A stretch of DNA of 64,000 nucleotides from Octopus sinensis (lineage: Eukaryota), in assembly GCF_006345805.1 (NCBI RefSeq), contig NC_043000.1, forward strand, positions 34,472,001-34,536,000, written 5' to 3'. Positions within the stretch are counted from its first letter, which is position 1, and the number at the start of each line of letters is the position of its first letter. The position numbers and the translations under genes were made by a program. The notes below the pieces were generated by a model. It was given only the letters and a program-made list of their open reading frames with translations, was not told where the DNA came from and made no database searches. Positions 13,703 to 27,479 of this stretch are shown one piece after another.

Positions 13703-13789
<87 letters not shown>

Positions 13790-13832
13790 CAAACAGATAG
13801 ATAGATCCATAGATATAGATAGATAAACAGAC

Positions 13833-13904
<72 letters not shown>

Positions 13905-14207
13905 GTGCATATACATGTTTACGTATATGTATATAGACCTCAGTGGAGGTACATAGCTTTTTGTGTAAGGGTGTTGCATTCGTGATCATAAGATTGTGTC
14001 TTCAATTCCTCGACCGGGAGATTGTTGTGTTCTTGAGCCTTGCTTCATTTCTCGTTGTTTCAGTTCAATCAGTTCACTCCAGAGAGTGGGGAAGTGGGTG
14101 CTATAGGCTCCACACAATGCGGCATTTTGGACTCATGAGCCTTTGGTTCAGAAAGGACCTTTGATCCTTCGAACTTTTTATATATGTATTTGTGTGTGTG
14201 TGAATGT

Positions 14208-14307
14208 NNNNNNNNNNNNNNNNNNNNNNNNNNNNNNNNNNNNNNNNNNNNNNNNNNNNNNNNNNNNNNNNNNNNNNNNNNNNNNNNNNNNNNNNNNNNN
14301 NNNNNNN
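14208..14307. other. Assembly gap (100 N)
   Basis: Run of N. Confidence 1.
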
Positions 14308-14439
14308 ACAATGCCCGGTGTGGGAATCGAAACCGCGATCCTACGTGCGCTGCCCTAAGTACTGGGCCATTGCACCCCATACATACACACAGCCACTCCT
14401 ATATATTTGTGTATATATGTCTATATGTTTGTATCTTAT

Positions 14440-14605
14440 ATCAAACGTCATTCGCAGGTTTATTCATTTTTGGCAACTGAGTGGGACTGGAGCAACGGGA
14501 AATGAAGTGTCTTGCTCAAGAACACAACACATCGCGCGGTTCAGGAATCGAACCAGAATCTTACGATCACAAGTGCAACATTCTAACCACCTAGCCACGT
14601 GCCGT
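14440..14605 (-). mobile_element. tRNA SINE (cttgagcaagacac family); copies ~13950-14130(+), 29630-29810(-), 48715-49020(+), 56120-56420(+)
   Basis: Shared gagtggactggagcaacg.gaaatgaagtgtcttgctcaag core and B box. Confidence 0.7.
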
Positions 14606-14640
14606 CACATAATACAGACACACCACACACACATAACATA

Positions 14641-14712
<72 letters not shown>

Positions 14713-14729
14713 TATATAGATATAATATA

Positions 14730-14774
<45 letters not shown>

Positions 14775-15167
14775 TATATACATATATATACATATATATT
14801 TATATGCGTGTATTATATAATGCACACACATATCGATTTTGTACATGGTTGTCAACTGACTTATCTAAGACTGGGTATCGAAACTGAAATTATTCAATAG
14901 TGGAACAGGTCTCATTGTTGAAGTCACTTGCAGTTTATATTTAATAGTGCTGTCTATTAAACGCAGGAAGAAGTTTCGTCGCACTCTTACTGCTTGTTCA
15001 CTGACACAATTCTCTTATATCTGGGGATGAAATAAAAAATGCGTCTGTCAGCAGGTCACAATATGTGTATTCATTTGTGGTGAATAGTATAAAACAGTAT
15101 GTATGTATGTATGTATGTATGTATGTATGTATGTATGTATGTATGTATGTATGTATGTATGTATGTA

Positions 15168-15200
<33 letters not shown>

Positions 15201-15653
15201 ATGTATGTATGTATGTATGTATGTATGTATGTATCCGTGTGTATGTATGTACATATTTGTCCTCGGTATGACATTAAATGCCATCCAATGGTAGGACTCC
15301 AATTTCAGAGTTCTGAAATTGCAGGAAGCGTAGGTTCACCCCTTAACTACCATTACTTCCAGGTCCGTTTTTACCCGGAACAATATTACCAGTCAGCGTT
15401 CCATCTATGATTTAAATAGATTTCGCAGAAAAAAATGCAGCCTTTGTTATATTATTATTTTTTTTTTTTTTGTCCTCAGGAGGCTAAACATAGAGAGGAC
15501 AAACAAAGGGATTAAGTCGATTACCAGTGCGTAACTTATTTAATCGACCCCGAAAGGATGAAAGGCCTTTGTTATATTTTTGACAAGGCCATGGGAGAGT
15601 GCAGCTCGTAGAGGAGAAACATACTCTAGCATAAATCCTGCAGTCAAAATAAT

Positions 15654-15852
15654 CTCTTCTACTCTAGGCACAAGGACCGAAATTTTTTGCGGGGTTGGGG
15701 GCCAGTCGATTAGATAGGCCCCAGTACTCAACTGGCACTTAATTTATCGACCCCGAAAGGATGAAAGGCAAAGTCGACCTCGGCGGAATTTGAACTCAGA
15801 CAGACGAAATACCGCTAAACATTTCGCCCGGCGTTCTAACCTCTCGCCGCCT
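15654..15852 (-). mobile_element. Nin-type SINE with 18-bp TSD
   Basis: TSD tcctgcagtcaaaataat at 15636-15653 and 15853-15870. Confidence 0.85.
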
Positions 15853-17148
15853 TCCTGCAGTCAAAATAATAACGATTCATCTTGCAATGAAACCTGATTT
15901 GGCGACAGAAAGAGCGGCAAAAGTGTTGCACAAGCTTTTGACACTGAAATCCATTGACGTACAGATGCCTTACTATCAATTGAATGTGTGACACAAATCA
16001 TATGACAAGATGTGACAATCATCGTATATTCTTAGGTTCGAATCCAACGATTTCCTGAATCATTACAGTGTTTAGCGTTGACTTTTCAACTTCGTACACT
16101 AAGGTTTTCACAACAAAATCTCCAGGCTGGCAGATTCCTCCGCCATATGAACTGCCAAATTCGCGATAGCATTGAAGATTTAATTTTTAAAAAACTTTTT
16201 AGAAAACTGAAATTGGAAATCACAATTAGAATTAAATATGTGTTGTATGCTTTTTGAATATTTACACACGATCTCATCACAGGTAAATATTAAACCTGCA
16301 GATAATTTAACAAAGATGAACGCTATACCAACAGAAAATTTCAGTACAATCGTAAAAAAATAAGTTTGTCAGAAACATTGGTAAACGAATTTCTAAAATC
16401 AGAAAGAATCGTTCAACCGGGCAGCACTAAAATAACGATTGGGGAAAATAAAGTCGATCCTCTAAAATAGAATAGATGTAAAATAACAACACACACATAC
16501 ATTCACACACATACATTTACACACATATGCATACACATGCGTACGCATATATACACAAACCGGAAAACAGAATATGAGAGAATTCCATGCCACTCCCCTC
16601 AGTAGAAGTACTGTCATTTGGAAACTTCTGAGCATTGAAAATACAAACATTTCTTTTATAACCACAAACTTTTCAATAAAAATGACTTAAAAGATAGTTG
16701 CAACTGAAGTGATGATATGAACCGCCTCTCGAGTTTGAACAGAAAAAAAAAATCTGACATTTAAGAATAAACCAAACCCTCTACCACAATGCAACTGCTG
16801 TGACGTCACATCCTGCCTTCCCTGAAGCAGTTACTAACAAAAGCACTAGCTGAATCAAGACAAAGTGCTTTCGGCAGAAAACAACGAGAATTACATCGGA
16901 CTTACTGGATGCACGTTCAAGCATGAATATGCTCTACACAGCCACTCGTTCAGGTCATTAAATAAACGAAACTGAACCTCACTATCAATGCGTATATCAG
17001 GAGTCTTGTGCTGGAAGTGAGGAGGGGGTACATTTGGGTTGCGCATATCGGTCAACCGATTGAAACAGGTACCTAGAATTACCTTGATCAAGATATACTT
17101 GGGACTAACACAACAACAACTAGTTTAGACTAAATACACCAAATTACC

Positions 17149-17380
17149 TATTTCTTTATTACCCACAAGGGGCTAAACACAGAGGGGACAAACAAGGACA
17201 GACATAGGTATTAAGTCGATTACATCGACCCCAGTGCGTAACTGGTACTTAATTTATCGACCCCGAAAGGATGAAAGGCAAAGTCGACCTCGGCGGAATT
17301 TGAACTCACAACGTAACGCAGACGAAATACCGCTAAGCATTTCGCCCGGCGTGCTAACGTTTCTGCCAGCTCGCCGCCTC
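17149..17380 (-). mobile_element. Full-length Nin-type SINE with 16-bp TSD
   Basis: TSD aatacaccaaattacc at 17133-17148 and 17381-17396, GCCTTTCATCCTTTCGGGGTCGAT core. Confidence 0.9.
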
Positions 17381-17762
17381 AATACACCAAATTACCATTC
17401 TCTTGAACAAAGATGGCAATGTTTGGTTCCATTTCTTTAAACGGAAAAAACTACCACACAATACAACCCACCAACAAACCCCCAAAATATACGAATAATT
17501 CTATTTTTAAATCCACCTAAATTAAAGTTTCGAAGCATTCCGTTGCAACGATTTTATCTGAACCAACAGGAAAACCGCCACATGGTCATGCAATAAGGCA
17601 CATGCATCACAACCAAATCCACTCACAGGGTGCCACGCAGTGGGACTGAACCCGGAACCATGTGGTTTGGAAGCAAGCTTCTTACCACATACCCATTCCT
17701 GCGCATATATATATATACGTATGTAGACATAATACATACATACATACATACATACATCCATC

Positions 17763-17794
<32 letters not shown>

Positions 17795-18463
17795 CATACA
17801 TACATACATACATATATATATACATACATATATATACATTATATATGTACATATATAATTCACCTCTGGAAACATGGGTGTTTCGTTCGACATCCTTAAA
17901 CAAAGTTTATTCAGGGACCATTTGAGTAGGATGGGCTAATCATCCTGAAGAAAATTCTCGCTGGGCCACCACCTGCAAGGTCATGCGATATTTGATATAG
18001 CAGTCAAATGGCCTTTAAATCACACTCTACTGTCTTAAAACTATAAAAACACAGCGGTCAGTATAGTCATAGAGATAGGAATAAGTGAGATGATTATGGC
18101 TGGAACGTCTTTCATACTAGGTCTGCTCGATCTGGTCTGAGTTGTGACCAAACGACTAATTTACTTCAAATGTTTCACCAACTTTTACACACACACGCAC
18201 ACACACACAACGTATTCTTTAACTAGTTTCACTCATTTGACTGCGGCCATGCCGGAGCACTGCCTTTTGTCCAAAAAATCGACTCCAGGACATAATCTTC
18301 GAAAGCCTAATACTTATTCTATCGGTCCCTTATGCTGAACCGTTAAGTTGCGGGGATGTAGACACACCAACATAGACTCAAAAATAATACATAATATGTA
18401 TGTATGTATATATATGTATATACATATATATATATATATTATATATATATATATATAATATAT

Positions 18464-18497
<34 letters not shown>

Positions 18498-18681
18498 CGA
18501 CGGGCTTCTTTCAGTTTCCATCTACCAAATCCACTCACAGGGTGCCACGCAGTGGGACTGAACCCGGAACCATGTGGTTTGGAAGCAAGCTTCTTACCAC
18601 ATACCCATTCCTGCGCATATATATATACGTATGTAGACATAATACATACATACATACATACATACATACATACAACATACA

Positions 18682-18713
<32 letters not shown>

Positions 18714-18909
18714 CATATATATATACATACATATATATACATTATATATGTATATATATATATATATAATAAATATGCACACACACATGTATTAATATAT
18801 GCATATATGAATGTATGCATAATCTCACATACTATAGTTTCCTCTGTATGTAATAGAAATAGATAGATAGAGAGTGTGAGAGAGATAAAGAGAGAGACAT
18901 ACAGAAAGC

Positions 18910-18992
<83 letters not shown>

Positions 18993-19253
18993 CAGAGGAT
19001 AGACGAGAGACAGAAATAAAGACTGAGATTGAATGATACGGAGAGAGAGAGAGAGAGAGAGACAGAGAGAGAGAAAGAAAGAGGAAGAGAGAATGAGAGA
19101 GAGAAAGAAAAGGAGTTTTGTGTCAGTAAATATTAATACAGGTTGAAGTGTGTGTGTGTATGTGTGTGTGTATGTGTGTGTGTGTGTGTGTGTGTTTGCT
19201 ACTTTGCTTCTATGTGTTACATTGCGAGCATACTGCAATGCGTATGTGTTACA

Positions 19254-19288
<35 letters not shown>

Positions 19289-19441
19289 ACATTGCGTGTC
19301 ACATTGTGTATGTGTGTTCGTTTTCATATATTGTGTGTGCATGTTGTATCATTTGGGCGTGTGTGTGTGTGTGTGTGCGTGTGTTATATGCATGTGTTTA
19401 GATTTCGTGTGTGTCATATTGTATGTATATTATCTTTTACT

Positions 19442-19472
<31 letters not shown>

Positions 19473-19656
19473 AACATGGGTGGGGAAACCAGGTTTATAT
19501 GCAAGTGCAAGCACAAATTTATAACAGAGGTGTATAAGCAAGATACACACACAAACACACATACACATATACACACACACATATACACACATATATACAC
19601 ACACACACATACACACACACACACACACACACGATAAAACTATATATTCTCATATA

Positions 19657-19786
19657 CAGGGTGTCCCCAAAAAATGTATACACACCTTAAATAATTGTAA
19701 ATTTGTTATTCTTTGTAAGCCTAGTACTTATTCTATCGTTCTCTTTTGCCGAACCACTATGTGTATACATTTTTTGGGACACCCTG
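19657..19786. mobile_element. Tc1/mariner-type MITE
   Basis: TA|CAGGGTGTCCC(C)AAAAAATGTATACACA ... TGTGTATACATTTTTTGGGACACCCTG|TA. Confidence 0.85.
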
Positions 19787-20172
19787 TATATATAGAATGC
19801 ACATGTTACACGGACTTCTATTTTCTTTCGCTTCTCTTTTACTTGTTTCAATCATTAGACTGCGGCCAAGATGGAGCACACCCTTGGAGAATTATTAGTC
19901 GAATGAATCGACCCCCAGTACTTATTCGCGTAGACTTGTGAGTCGGAGGAACGGAACTGGAGAGGGCACTCGCTCCTGCGGGTTCAGGGAAAGCTCCAAA
20001 AGTGGGGTTTCTCGATTATCCCTAGCGACCTTCCTGTATCAGGAGGGCCACATCTCTATCCTCCTCCCCTCTACATTTTTTTAAACCTTTGTATGCTATG
20101 CATATGTCCCTTCTTTTTCAGCGTATACCGTGTATACTTTTGTTCTTTCTTTCCTTCATTTTTTATAAATCA

Positions 20173-20568
20173 CTAGCAGTATCGCCCGGCGTTGCTCGGT
20201 TTGTAAGGGAAATAACTATATAAGCATTTTTAGAGAGTTATAGCCAAAAAATAGCAAAAAAATGCATTAAAAATGGAAAAAAAATGATGGTAAATTTTTT
20301 TTAAATCGTTGACTCATCGTAGACATTTTAGAGAGTTACTTCCCTTATATAATAGTGAAAGAAATGCATTAAAATGGAAAAAAATGATGGTAAATTATTT
20401 TTAAAATCGTAGACTCATCGTAGACGCGCGCTAATACCCAGAAGGGCTCGATATGAATCACGACTATAAGATACCCGCTTTTGGTTACACTGCACGGCAA
20501 AATGTGGGAGTAGTTAGGAATCTAAATCGTAGGAGACAGACACACAACTTGACTTTTATATATAAAGA
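20173..20568 (-). mobile_element. Non-autonomous Helitron sharing its 3' end with 2519-2896
   Basis: Minus strand A|TCTTTATATATAAAA...CCGAGCAACGCCGGGCGATACTGCTAG|T. Confidence 0.82.
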
Positions 20569-20673
20569 TTTCATTATAATATGTAAACCCCAACACTTTA
20601 TGTCTCTCTCTGTATAGTCCTCCTCATCCTTCACCCTTGTGGCAAATAAATGAAATCATTATTGTTATTATTA

Positions 20674-20737
<64 letters not shown>

Positions 20738-20738
<1 letters not shown>

Positions 20739-21275
20739 GAGTGAGAGTGTAGTGCATGCCATCAAAGTGACAATGGAGTAAAATATATGAAGCCCAGTAT
20801 ACCCATCATGACTACACATCTGATAAAGGTACACCAGGCACATGCATCACAACCATATGTGCGCAACATATCAAGACAAATATCGCATGACCTTGCTGGT
20901 GGTGGCCCAGCGAGAATTTTCTTCAGGATGATTAGCCCATCCTGCTCAAATGGTCCCTGAATAAACTTTGTTTAAGGATGTCGAACGAAACACCCATGTT
21001 TCCAGAGGTGAATTATCCAACTCCCAAAGAATTCCTCTCAACACACGCCTTTGATGCTCCCCCACTACTTCTGCTAATGATCAGAGATGCACATATCGTC
21101 AGCCTCTAAGGGACATGCTCAACTGGTTATGGTCAAGTAACTGACAAACAAATCTGTGGTATTGTGCAGAATATTTGCTATAACCCATCTTTTATACGGA
21201 GAAAAAACAATGTATATGATGACACATCCAATTAGTTAAGATCAAGAGCCATGAGAGCCAGTGTATGGTACTGCA
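20738..21275 (-). repeat. ~540-bp non-coding retro-repeat with (TAA)n tail; second copy 32178-32720, inverted piece 17855-17990
   Basis: Direct alignment between copies, both flanked by (ATT)n tracts. Confidence 0.8.
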
Positions 21276-21300
21276 AATGTTGTTGTTGTTGTTGTTGTTG

Positions 21301-21351
<51 letters not shown>

Positions 21352-22040
21352 GGTTTTAAAGCCTGGTACTTATGTTATCGGTCTCTTTTGCCGAACCACT
21401 AATTCATAAAGCGACGTAAACATACCAACATCTGCTGCCAAGCGGTGGCGACAGATAAACACTTAAAAAGACACACACGCAAATATATATAAGACGGGCT
21501 TCTTTCAGTTTCCGTTTACTAATTCCATTTGATTGGCCCGGCATTATAGTAAAAGACACTTGCCGAAGGTAGCACGCAGTGGGACTGAACGCGCGGTCAT
21601 ATGGTTGGCCAGAAAACTTCTCACCTCATGTCCACACCGTCGCCTAGAAAACTATAGGACCCTTCACGAATTTAGGTGTCATTCTTGCGTCGGGGCTATG
21701 CTAGTCTTCTCTATACCGTTCCAATGTTAGTGTTTATACTGCCATAGCAAGTATAAACTTATACATACATACACACGTACACGCGCGCGCGCACACATAC
21801 ACACATATGTATATGTATATATTACGTTTATGTATATATTTTGCCAGATACCTGATGTGAAATCGTGTGTTGAATGAACTAAACAGAACAAAAGGAAACG
21901 TGGGTGGAAAGTCATTGAAGAGGTCACATGTGTGTGACGAAAGATTTCCAGACAATGGACATAACATAAGAACAATAATAAACAAGTGGAGAACAGATAT
22001 ATAGTGCGTGTGTTTATTTGCGTATATATATATATATATC

Positions 22041-23335
22041 GTGAAGTATATTTGCCACCTAAATGTGGCTAACCCTTAAGGGCTGACGCTATTGTAACTT
22101 GTAGCCCAAGGAAGACATCTCCTCCAGCTGGCTATTGACACACTACCTGTGCCCTATCAGTATTTGCAAAGGAAAGTCATCCTTCCCATCTCCAGCATGA
22201 TGTGATACACACGGACCCGAGTTTCTGGGTATTGACCCGTCACCGGTTGGCGATGGGAAATGGTTCTCAATGCAAATATATATATATACTTTTTCGAATG
22301 ACAAAAAGTCACCAATCTCGAAAAAGTGGAAACAAGCAATAATAAATCCCTGAGCGAGAGGCACAGAAGTGGTTATGTGGTACGTAGCTTGCGGTCGACT
22401 GGGAAGGGTCAAAAGCGATTTTGACCCTGTGGATCCCATCGGCCGCAACAGATCTGATTTTTCCAGATTTCTTGAAAATGGCTGGCTGCAGGTATCCGGT
22501 GATACTTGAGGGACATCCCCCCACGTGTCACTCGTGCCTGCAGCCAGGCCACATTAAAAGGAACTGCCTCCAGGTCCATGGTATGGTCCTGGAACAGTCA
22601 CTAGATGCCACCTCCCCTACCCGGTCAAAGGGAGAGGTGGATGTGGTCGAGGAGGCTTCAGCCTCCTCAACTGAAAAAGGATTAAAAAGGAAGAAGGCGG
22701 GCAACAATAGTTGCCCGCCGAAGTAACCTAAGGCTTCGGGAGGCGGGGGAGAGTCTCCGGACAAAGCGGAAGAGCTCCACTCTCCCGAAGTCAGGAAGAA
22801 AAGAAAAAAAAGAAGGAAGAAGAACGGGTCATCTCAGCGGGGAAATGATGTGCCGTCTGCATGTCCCGAAGTTGTGCCACCCACGGTGGAAGAAACCACC
22901 CCCACCCTTAAAGATGATCAATTTAATTATCTTTTTCTATAAGGGCGGGGAGGTGGAAAAATAGTAGAACATAAAGAGACAGTAGATATGCCCTTGTGGG
23001 AAAGGCTTAAAGGATTTGGGGAGGAGTGTCGCATATGGCCGGGTGGCCCTTACACGACTTACATGTCCTACATGAGTGAGGCATGGAAAATGGCGGGATA
23101 CAGGAACTCAAGCGGCATTGAAGATAATGATGAATATATCGATGGATATATCGAAGAGTAGGAGGTGAAAGACCCTCGTTATAGGGTTTGAAACCTCATC
23201 TTATTGTATTATTTGTAGTGGTTTATAACCTCAATTGTGTGTTTAAAAAAGAAACATGTTAAGTAAGAGGTTTTAGTGCCTCCTTCTTGTAAGAGGTTTG
23301 AAACCTCATATTGATTTTGAAAAAAAGAAAATATG
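22041..23335 (+). mobile_element. Retroelement carrying a decayed gag/ORF1-like CCHC protein
   Basis: EGHPPTCHSCLQPGHIKRNC (C-x2-C-x4-H-x4-C), basic KKRKKRRKK tract, A-rich end. Confidence 0.7.
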
Positions 23336-23530
23336 TTTTCGAGAAAAATCCAATCGGCGGGTGTTGGGTTTCGTCTCTCATTTATTCATTCTATTTCATT
23401 TTCATTCATTAATGTGTTTGTCCAGCCCGCAAAGCTACACACTCTATGTACTGTCTATGATGACAAATTTTATGAAATAAAGTAGCTTGCTTCCCAACCA
23501 CATGGTTCCAGGTTCACTCCCCAGTCTCCT

Positions 23531-23562
<32 letters not shown>

Positions 23563-23593
23563 GAATATATATATTTATATATTTATATATGAA

Positions 23594-23640
<47 letters not shown>

Positions 23641-24186
23641 TATATATATATTTATGTATGTATATACATATATATTTATAAATGTATATGCTTGTGTATC
23701 TGCGTTTGTCCCCATACAATCCCTTGACAACCGATGTTGGGGTGTTTACGTCCCCGTAACTTAACGGTTTGGCAAAACAGACCGATAGAATAAGTCCTAG
23801 GCTTGCAAAGAATGAATCCTGTAGTCGATTTGTTCGACAAAAGGCGGTGCTCCAGCATGGCTGCAGTCAAATGATGAAACAAATAAAAGAAAAATATATA
23901 TATAATATAATACATATACATGTATATATATACACACGTGCGCGCGTGCACACATACACATATATACATTTATATAGACAGATAGATAAATAGATAGATA
24001 TAATGTATATACAGGCGTGGCTGCGTGGTTAAGAATTTTACCTCACAACCTTACAGCAATAGGTTCGATCCTTCTGCGAAGCACTTTGGACAAGAGACAT
24101 CTCCCGTGGCTACGGGCCGACTAATGCCTTTTGGGCGGGTTTAATAAATGGAAACTCTGTGGAAATCCGTCGTATGTTTATGAATA

Positions 24187-24223
<37 letters not shown>

Positions 24224-24352
24224 CATTGTCCGTGAATTTGTAAGAGACGAACTGTAGACAAGGACCTTTACTGCGGACAAGTTATCGAACTGGGCGGCAG
24301 ACAATGGACTTCCAGTAAGGCGGCAAATAGACTCGGGCTCGAACGGCGGATC

Positions 24353-24392
<40 letters not shown>

Positions 24393-25009
24393 GTAGCACG
24401 GTTGTGATGATAAGCCCCTTGTTTTGTTCATTATCCTTTAATACTAATGACTCGTAAGTTCACGGTATTTTGTTATGGAACTTCGATATACCATAAAGTT
24501 AATTCAACGTTTTTAGAAGCGAAGCCCGCCTTCTACTGCTGTTAGAAGAGCGCTTTACATTATTCGTTGAGATTATCTCTACAGATATGCTATTGAAATA
24601 ATTATATCCAGCGCTGAGCTTTGATACCACGTTTCGTATTCGAGACAGACAATGAGATCGAAGATGAGAAAAAGGTAATGGGCAACGGGCGATTGGCGAT
24701 GGGCAAGATCTTAAAAAAAATCTTGCAGATTTATATCGTTCCCGGTATCGCGATCATTTCTTGTATATGCATTAAGGATTTACATTCTCTTTCCAAGACC
24801 CCAAGTTCAACCATACTTTGCTCCAGACACGGATTAATATATATCCTGTTGCTCTAGAAATAACAAGTATGAAGCTGAAAGTGTGTGTGTGTGTGTGTGT
24901 GTGTGTTTGCATGTATGTGTATGTGTGTATGTTCTCTTCTATTTTTAATCATTTGAAGTCTTCCTCTGAGGTATGAGCTGATTTCTAACCAAACTGCAAA
25001 GCTCCATCG

Positions 25010-27300
25010 TTGGAATGTTGATAACAAAACACAAAGATTTTCAACTTGAGAAAAGTCTTCCATATTTTTACTGTTCTGCTTATTTGTAATGTGCGAATTA
25101 ACTGATTGGTTTCTTTTCCTGAACACACCAGGTTTTCCAGATCACTTTGGATTTTTCTAACAGAACTAAATACACCAATTATTATTGGTATAAATGTAAA
25201 TTTATAATTTTGGGAATAGAACCTGAAAGTTTCGAAGCAGGCGCAGGAGTGGCTGTGTGGTAAGTAGCTTGCTAACCAACCACATGGTTCCGGGTTCAGT
25301 CCCACTGAGTGGCATCTTGGGCAAGTGTCTTCTGCTATAGCCCCGGGCCGACCAATGCCTTGTGAGTGGATTTGGTAGACGGAAACTGAAAGAAGCCTGT
25401 CGTATATATGTATATATATATATGAGTGTGTGTGTATATGTTTGTGTGTCTGTGTTTGTCCCCCCTAGCATTGTTTGACAACCGATGCTGGTGTGTTTAC
25501 GTCCCCGTCACTTAGCGGTTCGGCAAAAGAGACCGATAGAATAAGTACTGGGCTTACAAAGAATAAGTCCCGGGGTCGATTTGCTCGACTAAAGGCGGTG
25601 CTCCAGCATGGCCGCAGTCAAATTACTGAAACAAGTAAAAGAGTAAAGAGTAAAGAGTTTTCGGTACTCATCTTCTTTCTCTCTTCTTTTCACATCAGCA
25701 GGGCAGCTGATCTTTACGGCGCTACAAAGTTTTTCTTGTCTGTCTCAGACAACAATAATTGGCCTGTTATGTTTGCTTTTTGACAGACGTTTTTCATACG
25801 AATGTTCCACTTATATTCCTTGTGTTTATGTATGTATTCGACAACAGTAGGGGAGTGTCTCTATATTTATCCCAGGACGGTCTTTGAGGTATGTGTGTGT
25901 CCGGACGTTTTGGGGTTGTACGGGAGGTCATCGGGAAGGGAATGCTCCCTGGGGATCTCATTACCGACATGTAGGATCTTGTTCTCTTCGTTTTTCTGTA
26001 CTAAGTTTATGTATTCATTTTGTTGTTGTTGTTGTTGTTTAGCAGGTGCTGCCTGAAAGAGACTATTCGACATTCGAATATTGTCTGCACTAACCTCAAG
26101 CCTCTCTGTTCCCTTCATCCCTTCTTAAGTAGAGTCTGTCAGTATCCCTATTTCCGTGGATGTTTCTAATAGAGGTCAGGATATTGCGGATTTTAATATC
26201 TATGCAGTGGATTTACTCTGCACATCAGTTAAGTAGACTAAATGGTGAAACCAGCACCGGTGCTGCGAATGCAATGTGCGATATTTATCTTGTAAGAGGA
26301 GAATTCCAACTGAATATTTTTCTGATTCACTCTATCTTTATTCAAAGCACTTCCGAATATGTTACAATAATGCCGAGGTATTTATAGCATTCATTGTGGG
26401 GAAACAAGAGATATGCAGAACTTGTTGATGCACCGGTTTGAGGTCCTGTGGCACTGATTTTCCCTCTCAACAATCAAATATGAAGATTTCTTTGGACCAA
26501 ATTACATTCTTATGTAAGCTGAAAATGTTATTAGCATCAGCTCGATCATTTTCGGTGGCTGGCGTAGTTAACAGAAATAAATTGTTGGTTACATTGGTAC
26601 CACTAGCGTTTGCAGACTCTAGCATGTAACCATCTGATTTTTTTTGTAGCAGAAATGATAAGGGATTTAACACCAAAACGAAGAGAATTACAAAATGACT
26701 ATCTCCATGGAATATTCCCTTTCAAATTATTTATGACATTGGAGGCTGTTGTTCCGCTCTCAGTTCTAATTGTAAGAATTGTCGCCCAGGTCTTAAGAGC
26801 TTATCAATGACAGCAAATATGGTAGCATTCACTTCTGCCAAATGGAGACCCTTCAGCAGCCATGAGTGGGGAAGAGAGTCAAATGTTTTCCTGGAATGAA
26901 ACCTTACTTTTGTAAGGCTTTTACGATGTTTATTTTTGTTTTACTTCAAACAGTACAGCTTTGTTTATCGAAATTCGTTCGGCACAGCCCCACCTATCTC
27001 CCTTCTTTCCACCTATCTGTTCATCAGTCACTATGTTGTTGGACACACAATAATCTTGGAGGAATCGGTTGAGGCAGCTTCTGTACAGTTTGTACATAAT
27101 GTTATGGCAAACAATGGGCGTATAATTTTCTGCTAACTCGGTGCTTTCATTCGTTGCCACGAAATTAATCCATGCAAACCAATTTGGTATGCCAATCTGA
27201 CCTTCCATACTCCTTTTGAATATACATATTAATGGTTTTCCTGTAAAAAGTCATCCTCTTACACCAATAACCATTAGATCTCTTCCAGCTGCTTTCCCTT
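25010..27300 (-). mobile_element. Decayed R4/Dong-type LINE (RT + RLE), interrupted by the SINE at 25239
   Basis: ENYTPIVCHNIMYKLY...EQIGGKKG...GCAE...INKAVL, KISCPADV and YKFTFIPIIIG. Confidence 0.75.
25239..25657 (+). mobile_element. Full CORE-like tRNA SINE with internal microsatellite; copies ~18220-18615(-), 21360-21570(-), 23480-23890(+), 24010-24175(+), 30820-30970(+), 35085-35246 + 36340-36548(+), 55170-55335(+)
   Basis: TGGCTGTGTGG A box, GGTTCAGTCCC B box, cttgggcaagt core, (gagtaaa)n tail. Confidence 0.88.
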
Positions 27301-27479
27301 TATGCAGTTTGCCTACAGCTATGGTGGAAGTTTCTGGGTCAAGTGTTTATGTTTTATTTCGATATTGATACGCTCTTCTCTCCTGATTGTATTTATCTCG
27401 CCATGCACTTCAACGTATCAAACAACATCAACTCTAAGACTTTGCAAAGGTATGAGTCGACCTGACATGACCTTCATTA

